24,710 nucleotides of DNA from Phycisphaerales bacterium (lineage in GTDB: Bacteria; Planctomycetota; Phycisphaerae; Tepidisphaerales; Tepidisphaeraceae): contig JAQGHH010000601.1 of the NCBI GenBank assembly GCA_028288945.1, positions 1 through 24,710 on the forward strand. Reading direction: 5' to 3'. The stretch's first letter is position 1; each line of letters opens with the position of its first letter. This document shows, in pieces, positions 9,015-16,532 of this stretch. The notes under the pieces are model-generated. The model searched no databases, had not been told where the DNA came from, and worked only from the letters and a program-made list of their open reading frames with translations. The position numbers and the translations under genes were made by a program.

Positions 9015-10340
9015 ATGAAAATGCTCTTCTATGCCGCCCGGTGCGCTCCTGGCGGTATTAATACCTTCATTCAAACCATGTATCGATCGTTAGGAAGCAT
9101 TGGAATTGACGCAGAATGCTACTTTGAGCGAGACGAGGGAGGTTACCAGGAGCTTTCAACGCTGTGCCGGGCGCATTTAGGCACGGTCATTTCTCTGAAG
9201 AGCGTGCTCGGCACATCAAAATGCGAGGTAATTCAAACAACCCTGTCTTCGGTGGATAATGGCGTGCTTGCCCGCAAACTGCGGAATATTGCGTGGTCGG
9301 GCAAGGTCGTTGTTACCGCCCAGGGCGTTGTCTTGCCGGGATGGAACTCAAAAAACTGCTTTGCGCTAACCAGTGTAAATCGGCGGCAAGCCCTGGAATT
9401 GGAATCGATGACTGACTTGAAGGTCGACACGATCTACAACGGGGTTGATACCTCGCTCTTCTCTCCCTCAGAATATGTCGGCGGCGCCCCGATCATCGCT
9501 TGGGTGGGAAGGGCCTCTGACCTTCCACAGAAGAGATTTGATTTGTTCGCCCTGATGGTTCCTCACCTCAAGGCCAGGGGGATCCGTGTATGGATTGCAG
9601 ATCCTGAGGGTTGCGCTAGCGTCTCAGCCTCCCTCAGGGAAGCCATCCTTCCTCACGTCGAATTGTGGAAGTCCGTGCCGAGAGACCGGATGCCTGATTT
9701 CTACCGGCGCGTATCCGAGAGTGGCGGATGTGTGGTTTCAACCACCCGATACGAGGGACTGTCATTTGCTTTGATTGAAGCACAAGCCTGCGGTTGCCCG
9801 GTTGTTGCTGCCACGGCAGTTGGAGTCGACGAGAGCGTTCGAAGCGAACACGGAGGAGTATTATATCCGCCGGAGATCACGGCAACGGAACTGTGTGATC
9901 TGGTCTCGACGGTTATATCCGCCAAGCAGGCGATGGCCGAGCGGCGAGAAATGTGCAGAAGGTTTATCGTCGATAACTTTAGCCAGGATGGCATTGCCAA
10001 ACACTATGCTGAACTATATAGCCGGAGATCACAAACGTTTAGTTTCGATGTAAAGGACAGGCGCCTGGTTAGTGAGCGAGCACGGCTGATCTTATCGACG
10101 ATGAATAACCCTCTATATTCGTTCAGGGAAGATCTGGCCGCAGTACGCTCTGCCACAACCTTGGATCCAAGCCTCACGAGAAGGCCACATGTTTGGAGGA
10201 AGGTGGCGACGAGCATCCTAAAGCTTTGGGTTTTCGCGGCGATTGGGTGCCTTAAGGACTTTAGGACGAATGCGTTGCGGCTACGGAACGGCCGCGGACG
10301 CCGTGCCCATCGCTCGGAGCAAGTCGACTCGCGACGGTAA
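9015..10340 (+). CDS. Glycosyltransferase family 4 (GT-B fold)
   Basis: IYNGVDTSLF, IAWVGRA..QKRFD and EGLSFALIEAQACGCPVVA motifs. Start set at ATG 9015 (track 8952). Lower GC than the flanks. Confidence 0.9.
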   Translation: MKMLFYAARCAPGGINTFIQTMYRSLGSIGIDAECYFERDEGGYQELSTLCRAHLGTVISLKSVLGTSKCEVIQTTLSSVDNGVLARKLRNIAWSGKVVVTAQGVVLPGWNSKNCFALTSVNRRQALELESMTDLKVDTIYNGVDTSLFSPSEYVGGAPIIAWVGRASDLPQKRFDLFALMVPHLKARGIRVWIADPEGCASVSASLREAILPHVELWKSVPRDRMPDFYRRVSESGGCVVSTTRYEGLSFALIEAQACGCPVVAATAVGVDESVRSEHGGVLYPPEITATELCDLVSTVISAKQAMAERREMCRRFIVDNFSQDGIAKHYAELYSRRSQTFSFDVKDRRLVSERARLILSTMNNPLYSFREDLAAVRSATTLDPSLTRRPHVWRKVATSILKLWVFAAIGCLKDFRTNALRLRNGRGRRAHRSEQVDSRR

Positions 10341-10594
10341 CGGGGTCGTGTATCGGCTGGCATTCTTGTCGTGATGGGGTGGTGAAGGGCGGTCAGGGGG
10401 TGGAATCCGAGAATACCAGGTTTCCGAATTTCGAGCATCTCGAGGTCGAGGGGCGGGCGGACGAGAACGACGAAACCGAGTCGTGACGACCCCAATCCCA
10501 AAAAGAAACGGAACAACTGAATGGGCGTTTCCGGCTTCATGCCTGAAACTTTGCCCGCTAGACCTCGACAGGCATTAGGGCTAAAAACCAGCCC

Positions 10595-12349
10595 ATGCAC
10601 GATCTGCCTCTCGTCACGACCATCGCGGCTGCGTTTACCGCCGCGTGGGTCTTGGGGCTGATCACTCAGAGGCTCAGGCTATCGCCCATCGTGGGGTATT
10701 TGCTTGCGGGTATTGCGATCGGCCCGCACACCCCGGGGTTTATCGCCGACGTCAAAATCGCCGCGCAGCTCGCCGAGCTGGGCGTCATCCTCTTGATGTT
10801 CGGCGTCGGCCTTCACTTTCATTTGCGCGACCTGTTGGCCGTCAGAAACGTCGCGGTGCCCGGAGCACTGGGGCAAAGCCTGGTGGCGACGCTGCTCGGG
10901 ACGGCGGTCGCCGTGGCGTTCGGAATGCCCGTGAAATCCGGGGTGGTGCTCGGGATGGCGATGGCCGTCGCCAGTACCGTCGTGCTGATCCGGGTATTAA
11001 CGGACAACCGCCTGCTCGACACGACGGCCGGGCACGTCGCGGTGGGGTGGCTCATTGTCGAAGACGTATTGACTGTCATCGTCCTCGTGCTGATCCCGGC
11101 ATTGGGGACGGCCTCGCATTCCGGCGGCGGCCATTCTCCGCCGGCAAGCCTCGGGTGGGGGCTTCTGATCGCGCTGCTCAAACTCGCGGCGCTGGTGGCG
11201 CTGCTTCTCGTCGGCGGGTCGCGGGTCATCCCTTGGGTGATGGTGCGCGTAGCGCGATTGCGGTCGCGCGAACTGTTCACGCTCACCGTGCTGGTGATGG
11301 CGGTCGCCGTGGCCGCGGTGTCGGCGTACGTCTTCGGGGCGTCGATGGCGCTGGGGGCGTTTCTCGCGGGCATGGTGGTCGGCCAGTCGCCCGTCTCCCA
11401 GCAAGCCGCGGCGGACGCCTTGCCGCTCCGCGACGCCTTCGCGGTCCTGTTCTTCGCGTCGGTGGGAATGCTCTTTGACCCGACATTCATCCTCCGGGAA
11501 CCGTGGCTGGTGCTGGCCGGGCTGGCGGTCGTCATGCTGGCCAAGCCGATGGCCGCGCTGACCATCATTGCGTTAATCGGCTACCCGGCGCGGACGGGGC
11601 TGGTCGTCGCACTGGGGCTGGCGCAGATCGGCGAGTTCTCCTTCATTCTCTCCGAACTCGCCCGGCGCCACGGGCTGATGAACGAGGCGGGGCATAACGT
11701 GCTGGTTGCCTGCGCGCTGGTCTCCATCACGCTAAACCCGGTCCTCTTCCGGCTGCTCATCCCGCTTGAGAATACGCTCAAGCGCTGGCCCGCCCTGTGG
11801 GGGTTCATGAACCGAAATACCGCCCGCCGTGAACGGGAAATGAACGAGCGGGCCGGCCGCGATCTCGAGCAGTCGGACAAGCCCGTTGCCGTCGTCGTGG
11901 GGTACGGGCCGGTGGGCCGCGCGGCAGACTCAATCCTCCGCGGCAGCGGCCTCGAAACGGTGGTCGTGGACCTGAACATGGATACGGTGCAGTCGCTGCA
12001 GCGGGAGGGCAGGCGTGCGCTTTACGGGGATGCGTTCAATATTGAGGTGATGCATCAGGCGCTGGCGCGTGCCAGTCATTTGATCATCGCGCTCCCGCAC
12101 TCCGCGAACCGCAACCCGCTGATCGTCGCCGCGAAGCTGATCAACCCGGCGATCCGGGTGTTCGTGCGCGCCCGGTACATCGCTGAGCGTGACGAACTCG
12201 TTCAGGCGGGCGCTGACGGGGCGGTATATGAGGAAGCCGAGGCGGCGGTCGCGCTGGCGCGGCTCGTGCTTTTCGACCGGGGCGCCGATCCGGAGACCGC
12301 CCGCCGTGAGGCCACGCGCATCCGGCAGGAATTCACGGCCCGACCTTGA
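10595..12349 (+). CDS. ybaL: CPA2 monovalent cation:proton antiporter, YbaL/RosB-like, with C-terminal TrkA-N (RCK) domain
   Basis: LSPIVGYLLAG..GPHTPGF.AD..A.QLAELGVILLMFGVGLHF, GWLIVED, LRDAFAVLFFASVGMLFDP and LAQIGEFSF motifs; VVGYGPVG Rossmann motif. Confidence 0.93.
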   Translation: MHDLPLVTTIAAAFTAAWVLGLITQRLRLSPIVGYLLAGIAIGPHTPGFIADVKIAAQLAELGVILLMFGVGLHFHLRDLLAVRNVAVPGALGQSLVATLLGTAVAVAFGMPVKSGVVLGMAMAVASTVVLIRVLTDNRLLDTTAGHVAVGWLIVEDVLTVIVLVLIPALGTASHSGGGHSPPASLGWGLLIALLKLAALVALLLVGGSRVIPWVMVRVARLRSRELFTLTVLVMAVAVAAVSAYVFGASMALGAFLAGMVVGQSPVSQQAAADALPLRDAFAVLFFASVGMLFDPTFILREPWLVLAGLAVVMLAKPMAALTIIALIGYPARTGLVVALGLAQIGEFSFILSELARRHGLMNEAGHNVLVACALVSITLNPVLFRLLIPLENTLKRWPALWGFMNRNTARREREMNERAGRDLEQSDKPVAVVVGYGPVGRAADSILRGSGLETVVVDLNMDTVQSLQREGRRALYGDAFNIEVMHQALARASHLIIALPHSANRNPLIVAAKLINPAIRVFVRARYIAERDELVQAGADGAVYEEAEAAVALARLVLFDRGADPETARREATRIRQEFTARP

Positions 12350-12498
12350 CGGGACCGCGGCGTGCGCCGGTTCGCCCGTGGATTTGTCCACTCAAACCGA
12401 TGGCGTCGGCCTGCCGGGCGTGAGTGATTGTTTGTTTGCCGGTAAAGAGCTAACGTGTTCCAAGAAGCAACGAATTCTTACACGAAAGATGAAGTCAC

Positions 12499-12630
12499 AT
12501 GGGCGACAAATCCCCGAAGTCGATGCACAAACAAGCCTCGCAGAAGAAAGCCAAGACCGATAGCGCCGACCAGAAGAAGAAGCAGGACCTGGCAGCCAAG
12601 GCGAAAGTAGCTGTGGGGAAAAAGAAGTAA
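12499..12630 (+). CDS. Small Lys-rich protein, 43 aa (MGDKSPKSMHKQASQKKAKTDSADQKKKQDLAAKAKVAVGKKK); not in the ORF track
   Basis: Translated by hand: ATG 12499 to TAA 12628-30. Purine-rich upstream region and GC3-biased codons. More plausible than the antisense ORF 12478..12729. Confidence 0.65.
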   Translation: MGDKSPKSMHKQASQKKAKTDSADQKKKQDLAAKAKVAVGKKK

Positions 12631-13049
12631 GAAAAGAATTTCCCACATCCCAATGAGGCCGACGATGATCCGCAGCCAAGCGGTCACGTCGGACAGCCCG
12701 GAACACCCGATGTTCTGTCGGGGAAGCACGCCTACACATCAGATCATCCCCCGTCGGCCCGGATATCCTGGCCAGCGAACCTTTAGCCCCCATTAGCCCT
12801 ACAGCCGGCAAGCCCGGCTTAGCCGGCCAAGCCGGTGCCGGCGACGATTCGCAAGGGTCGCAAGAGTCTCGGATATGTGGTGATCAGTCGGCTGAACAAC
12901 GTCTCGCAGGCGAGCATCGCACTTGGCGAGGAGTTCCACGTGAACACTTACGGACAGTAAAACCCGCGGCATGTGTCCAGATGGGCCAATCCGTTCAATT
13001 CCAGAAAACGGCAATGTTTTACGGCTCAAGGTTGGCAAAGGTACCGCGC

Positions 13050-13076
13050 GAGCAATGGACTGAAAATCCATGTGTC
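13050..13076 (+). pseudogene. tRNA-Phe(GAA) internal fragment (3' D-stem, anticodon arm, variable loop), inverted relative to the 13229-13274 fragment
   Basis: GAGCA-ATGGA-CTGAAAA-TCCAT-GTGTC; the 21 bp at 13056-13076 are the exact reverse complement of 13254-13274. Confidence 0.75.
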
Positions 13077-13185
13077 TCTGGTGAAAGCCACCGGATGGCA
13101 ACGATCGATTTTCGCCCTAAAAACGCGGGAATCGGGCAGGGCCGGGCGGCCGGGGCCGGCTTCGACAGACGCGGCGGCGGTTGTG

Positions 13186-13220
13186 GAAACGAAACAACCC
13201 CCGATGATTTCGGGGGTTGT
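13186..13220 (-). terminator. Terminator downstream of the tRNA-Phe 3' fragment
   Basis: 11-bp stem ACAACCCCCGA (13194-13204) / TCGGGGGTTGT (13210-13220), followed on the minus strand by TTCGTTT. Confidence 0.75.
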
Positions 13221-13228
13221 CTTCCAGA

Positions 13229-13274
13229 TGGGCAGAGCCGGGATCGAACCGGCGACACATGGATTTTCAGTCCA
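13229..13274 (-). pseudogene. tRNA-Phe(GAA) 3' half = att site (displaced tRNA fragment) of an integrated element
   Basis: Minus strand: TGGA-CTGAAAA-TCCAT-GTGTC-GCCGG-TTCGATC-CCGGC-TCTGCCC-A (anticodon arm, T-arm, acceptor 3' strand, discriminator). No D-arm or 5' acceptor strand upstream. Confidence 0.9.
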
Positions 13275-13423
13275 GTAAAAACACCGATTTTGACGCAGAA
13301 TAGCCAATGTCCAAGACGGGTCAAGACCCGAATGGACACGAAAAACGGGGGTGCGGGTGTGCAGCACACCTGCGAGCAAACTTCAGAAAAGCGTTGGTGA
13401 GGCGTACAGACCAACTGACTACA

Positions 13424-13930
13424 TCACGGAGCTTCGGCCGAACTCCCATCAGTCGGCCGGTACCTCGCTGCCAATTCGAGTACTGACTTGCTTGACGGTC
13501 CGTGACCGAGGGCGGTCAGGTCCGTGGTCGTGAAAATCTCGTGAACCGCACGGAAAAGATGGTGCCCGACAAGGGCACCGACTTTTGGAGAACCATTTAC
13601 GGCAAAGTCACCCGTATCGAAGTCCTCGATGTGCTCCGCGATGTACTGCATTATCAGGATGAATCGGGACATCTTCCACCGCGCTTCATCCTGATCCGGG
13701 CAGACCCGCTGCATGTATTTGAACACGCGGATGACGTTCCCCTCGAATGAGCCACGACGATCACCGCCGGCGCTCAGGTCATCATGATGCCGAAGAAACT
13801 CGTCGAACGGATAGGCATATGAAGTAGCGATCACGGGGGAATCGTACACCGCCTCTGCCGGACAAACAAAAGCCCCCGGAGCGGCACCCGACGTGGGCGG
13901 CACGAAGCGTGTGGACCGGTGAGAATTCAA
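13424..13930 (-). CDS. Hypothetical protein (start uncertain, probably downstream of 13930)
   Basis: Globular, helical-looking C-terminal 130 aa (ARWKMSRFILIMQYIAEH...); the N-terminal 25 aa look non-coding. Confidence 0.55.
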   Translation of the reverse strand: MNSHRSTRFVPPTSGAAPGAFVCPAEAVYDSPVIATSYAYPFDEFLRHHDDLSAGGDRRGSFEGNVIRVFKYMQRVCPDQDEARWKMSRFILIMQYIAEHIEDFDTGDFAVNGSPKVGALVGHHLFRAVHEIFTTTDLTALGHGPSSKSVLELAARYRPTDGSSAEAP

Positions 13931-13961
13931 CCCGACAGTCGGCTGCCGGTCTTGGCCTCGA

Positions 13962-15206
13962 TCAGTTTGCCTCGGGCGGTTCGTCGTCGCCGACAGGGGG
14001 GAAGTGAAAGCACAGAACCGCCAACATTACCCGGCGCGTATTGTCGTTTGGCAGATGAAATTCAAAGTCGAACCATCCGGGGTTCGGATTACCCCGTGGG
14101 GCGACGTGTGCGGCATGGTCCTTTGTCTTGTCGCGTACCTCGTCTAAGACCGGCTGAAGGTTTTTGCCCTTTACGAAACACAGAACCGCAGCTTTGGAGT
14201 CTCGCCATGTCAGATAGGAAAGTGCTTGATCGATGGTGGTGTGATATCCTTTCAATCCCTTCCAAAACTTACACTCCGCCACGAAGAGGGTCTTGCCGTC
14301 CTCCCGCACGAGGATATCGGTCTTTCCAACCCGGTTGAATGTCTCGCCGGTCACGCTTTGGAAATGCGGTGCCAACTGCATGATGAGCAGGTCGCGGAGG
14401 GCCTCCTCGCCCCTACCCGCGTAAATGCTCGGCATGCGTTCCATGCTCACGCCAAGGTCATGTAGCACCGTAAGTATTCCCCGGTAGGTTGCCTCGTCGA
14501 TTGTCGGCTCAGGTTTGTAGGCCGTCGATGGCGCTGAGGGTTTAACCACCAACGGCTTCGGCGTGATCGGTACGCTAAACGTCGCGGGGACATTGCCAGC
14601 CGGCCTTAACTTAACGCCCAAGGATTGGAGCGTATTCGTGCGGCGGAGTAGTTCCGCCCTCCTGCTCTTCACCTCTTGAGCTACCTGCTGCGGCAGCACG
14701 TTCTGATTAAACGCGTTAAGCTCGTTCGCGAGACTTTGTGCGTTGAACTGCATCTGCTCGATGCAGTTGTCGAGTTCTCGCTTTATTTCGACTGAATCGT
14801 CGCGGTAATTAGGAATCGTAAAGGTGATCGTCTCACCCTTCACCTCCACTTCCATGGTCCACATACGGCGGTGTCCCGGTGCGCACTTCAGCAAATCCCG
14901 CTCACCGACGAACGGGATGTAAAACGTGATAATTTGGCGCTTGATGGTCTGTCCGCGTTCAAACCCGCGGAAGTCGAAATCGCGCATCCGCTCAACCCGA
15001 ACTGATTCCTCGTGCTCCCCTGCGGCCATTTCGGCATAATCGAACACCAAGGGATCGACTCGGTACTTGGCAACCAGATAGTTGATGTATTCTGTTTCAT
15101 TTATGTTCAGCAGCTTGTTCTGATCCTCCGCTGACACCTCCCGCTTGATCTGCTGAAGCCGCGCGTTAACGAACTCTGATGCCTCGATTTCCGCAAAGAT
15201 ATTCAT
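13962..15206 (-). CDS. Protein with C-terminal PD-(D/E)XK restriction-endonuclease-like domain
   Basis: E..LRD...GETFNRVGKTDILVREDGKTLFVAECKFWKG (D...ExK catalytic pattern); N-terminal 250 aa of unknown fold with a coiled-coil-like stretch. Confidence 0.8.
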   Translation of the reverse strand: MNIFAEIEASEFVNARLQQIKREVSAEDQNKLLNINETEYINYLVAKYRVDPLVFDYAEMAAGEHEESVRVERMRDFDFRGFERGQTIKRQIITFYIPFVGERDLLKCAPGHRRMWTMEVEVKGETITFTIPNYRDDSVEIKRELDNCIEQMQFNAQSLANELNAFNQNVLPQQVAQEVKSRRAELLRRTNTLQSLGVKLRPAGNVPATFSVPITPKPLVVKPSAPSTAYKPEPTIDEATYRGILTVLHDLGVSMERMPSIYAGRGEEALRDLLIMQLAPHFQSVTGETFNRVGKTDILVREDGKTLFVAECKFWKGLKGYHTTIDQALSYLTWRDSKAAVLCFVKGKNLQPVLDEVRDKTKDHAAHVAPRGNPNPGWFDFEFHLPNDNTRRVMLAVLCFHFPPVGDDEPPEAN

Positions 15207-15631
15207 CCGGTTCTCCGCTGCCCAAGGCCCTCTACTGATCCCAGCGGCACGCGGGACTATGCGCCCCCGTACGGTGTGGTGATGCGGATCATATCTAAAG
15301 GAAATGCCCTACGTAAGTGCAGGGACCTTCGTATGTGCGGCTCGGTGGATGGTTTAGACGCTCCACGGCTGCTGGGGGCCGGATCGACACCATCTTAACG
15401 CTGCTTCGTCTGTTCGGCGTGGGCGGGGGCTGACAGTTCTCCAGCGGGCGGGCAGCTTTTGGTCCGCCGCGGCCGATAAAGTCTCCTGTCGGCTCTCAAC
15501 TCCGGTCGTGGTCGTGCCGACGTTCCATGATGAGCATGAATATGACATAGGGGGCGTGTGCTTGGGTTGTCAAGTCTGTACGAATCTTCATTCGGGGAGA
15601 CGGGCGGAAATCGCTTTCGGTCTCGGCAGGT

Positions 15632-16016
15632 GTGTCGATCTTCGTTGCGATCATAGCTGCGCTCGTGCTCGTTCATACCGGGTGGGAGAACATCCCGACT
15701 TATGCGGAAGTGCAATACCCCAACAAAGCAGTGCTGCATCAGGGCGGATGGTTCTTCAACGAAGATTCTGAAACTGAGAGTCTGTGAGGGAGAGTGGTAT
15801 AACGAGTGGGGGGAGGAACTGGCGGTGCCGATCGAGGGGTCGTGGAACAATCACATGGTCATTCGCTTCGCTGAGCACGGCAAGGTGTTCCGGGTCAACA
15901 AAACAGATATGACTCGGACGGAACTTCGAGTCGTGAACGGTGAATGGTCGGCGCTGTGCTCTGACGGGGAATGGGCGTCAGTCTGGAGACATGATGACAT
16001 TGACGCCGGCTACTAA
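15632..16016 (+). pseudogene. Probable frameshifted small secreted/membrane-anchored protein (frames 15632..15787 and 15702..16016)
   Basis: GTG 15632 opens MSIFVAIIAALVLVHTGWENIPTYAEVQYPNKAVLHQGGWFF. Removing one A at 15758-15759 joins it to TKILKLRVCEGEWY...DAGY. Confidence 0.45.
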
Positions 16017-16028
16017 CCGATCGGCCGA

Positions 16029-16268
16029 TCACGACGACGACTTCTTCGGCGGCGGCGCTGGCGAGGACATCGGCCTGTTGATAGGAATTTGATTGGGAAC
16101 TTGACCGGCAGGCGCAGCGCTCAACGGGTTCGCCCCATTCTCACTTCGCCTTTCCGGTGGCGCATTTTCGCTCGCTTGTATCCAACGTACACCATTTGCG
16201 CTAAGCGCCGTTCTGCTTTCAGCGGCAGGCGGTGGCGCAGGGTCTTGTTTTGGATTTTCGTCTGCCAT
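16029..16268 (-). CDS. Pro-rich peptide P3 (79 aa), ends RPMSSPAPPPKKSSS
   Basis: SD AGGAG upstream of ATG; shares the C-terminal motif and PLSAA with the neighbouring peptides. Confidence 0.8.
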   Translation of the reverse strand: MADENPKQDPAPPPAAESRTALSANGVRWIQASENAPPERRSENGANPLSAAPAGQVPNQIPINRPMSSPAPPPKKSSS

Positions 16269-16310
16269 TCTGGAATCTCCTAACGAAGAGGTTCTTCCTT
16301 TTACGACATT

Positions 16311-16508
16311 TTACTTCTTCGGCGGCGGTGCAGGGGAAGTCATCGGCTTGGTTCCCGGCGATTGATTTGTCTGCGCAGCACTTAGAGGTTTGGCCATGTT
16401 CTGAACGCGGGTATCTGGATTTATACTCCCAACGACGTTCCCCGTCTGGCAGATGGTGTGCAGGGACTTCGACGAGCGCACCACCCGCTTTGTATTTTTA
16501 CTGGCCAT
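16311..16508 (-). CDS. Pro-rich peptide P2 (65 aa), ends GTKPMTSPAPPPKK
   Basis: SD GGGGAG upstream of ATG; motif conserved at the amino-acid level with synonymous codon differences. Confidence 0.8.
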   Translation of the reverse strand: MASKNTKRVVRSSKSLHTICQTGNVVGSINPDTRVQNMAKPLSAAQTNQSPGTKPMTSPAPPPKK

Positions 16509-16532
16509 GAAAGAAGGCTCCCCTGAATTAGC

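Noticed and set aside
10341-10594. Riboswitch (fluoride, c-di-AMP, Na+/Li+) upstream of the CPA2 antiporter
   Set aside because: No recognisable consensus by eye; an Infernal/Rfam scan would be needed to exclude it fully.
10004-10600. 198-aa minus-strand ORF
   Set aside because: Antisense to the GT4 3' end, Arg/Ser-rich, with no motif; treated as a shadow ORF.
12631-13049. ORFs 12392..12811 (-), 12478..12729 (-), 12799..13101 (-) and GC-rich palindromes near 12805-12842
   Set aside because: No recognisable domains or consistent start signals; palindromes of this size are expected by chance at this GC content.
13229-13274. Functional tRNA-Phe gene
   Set aside because: The 5' acceptor strand and D-arm are absent; upstream sequence (CGGTGTTTTTAC) cannot pair with TCTGCCC.
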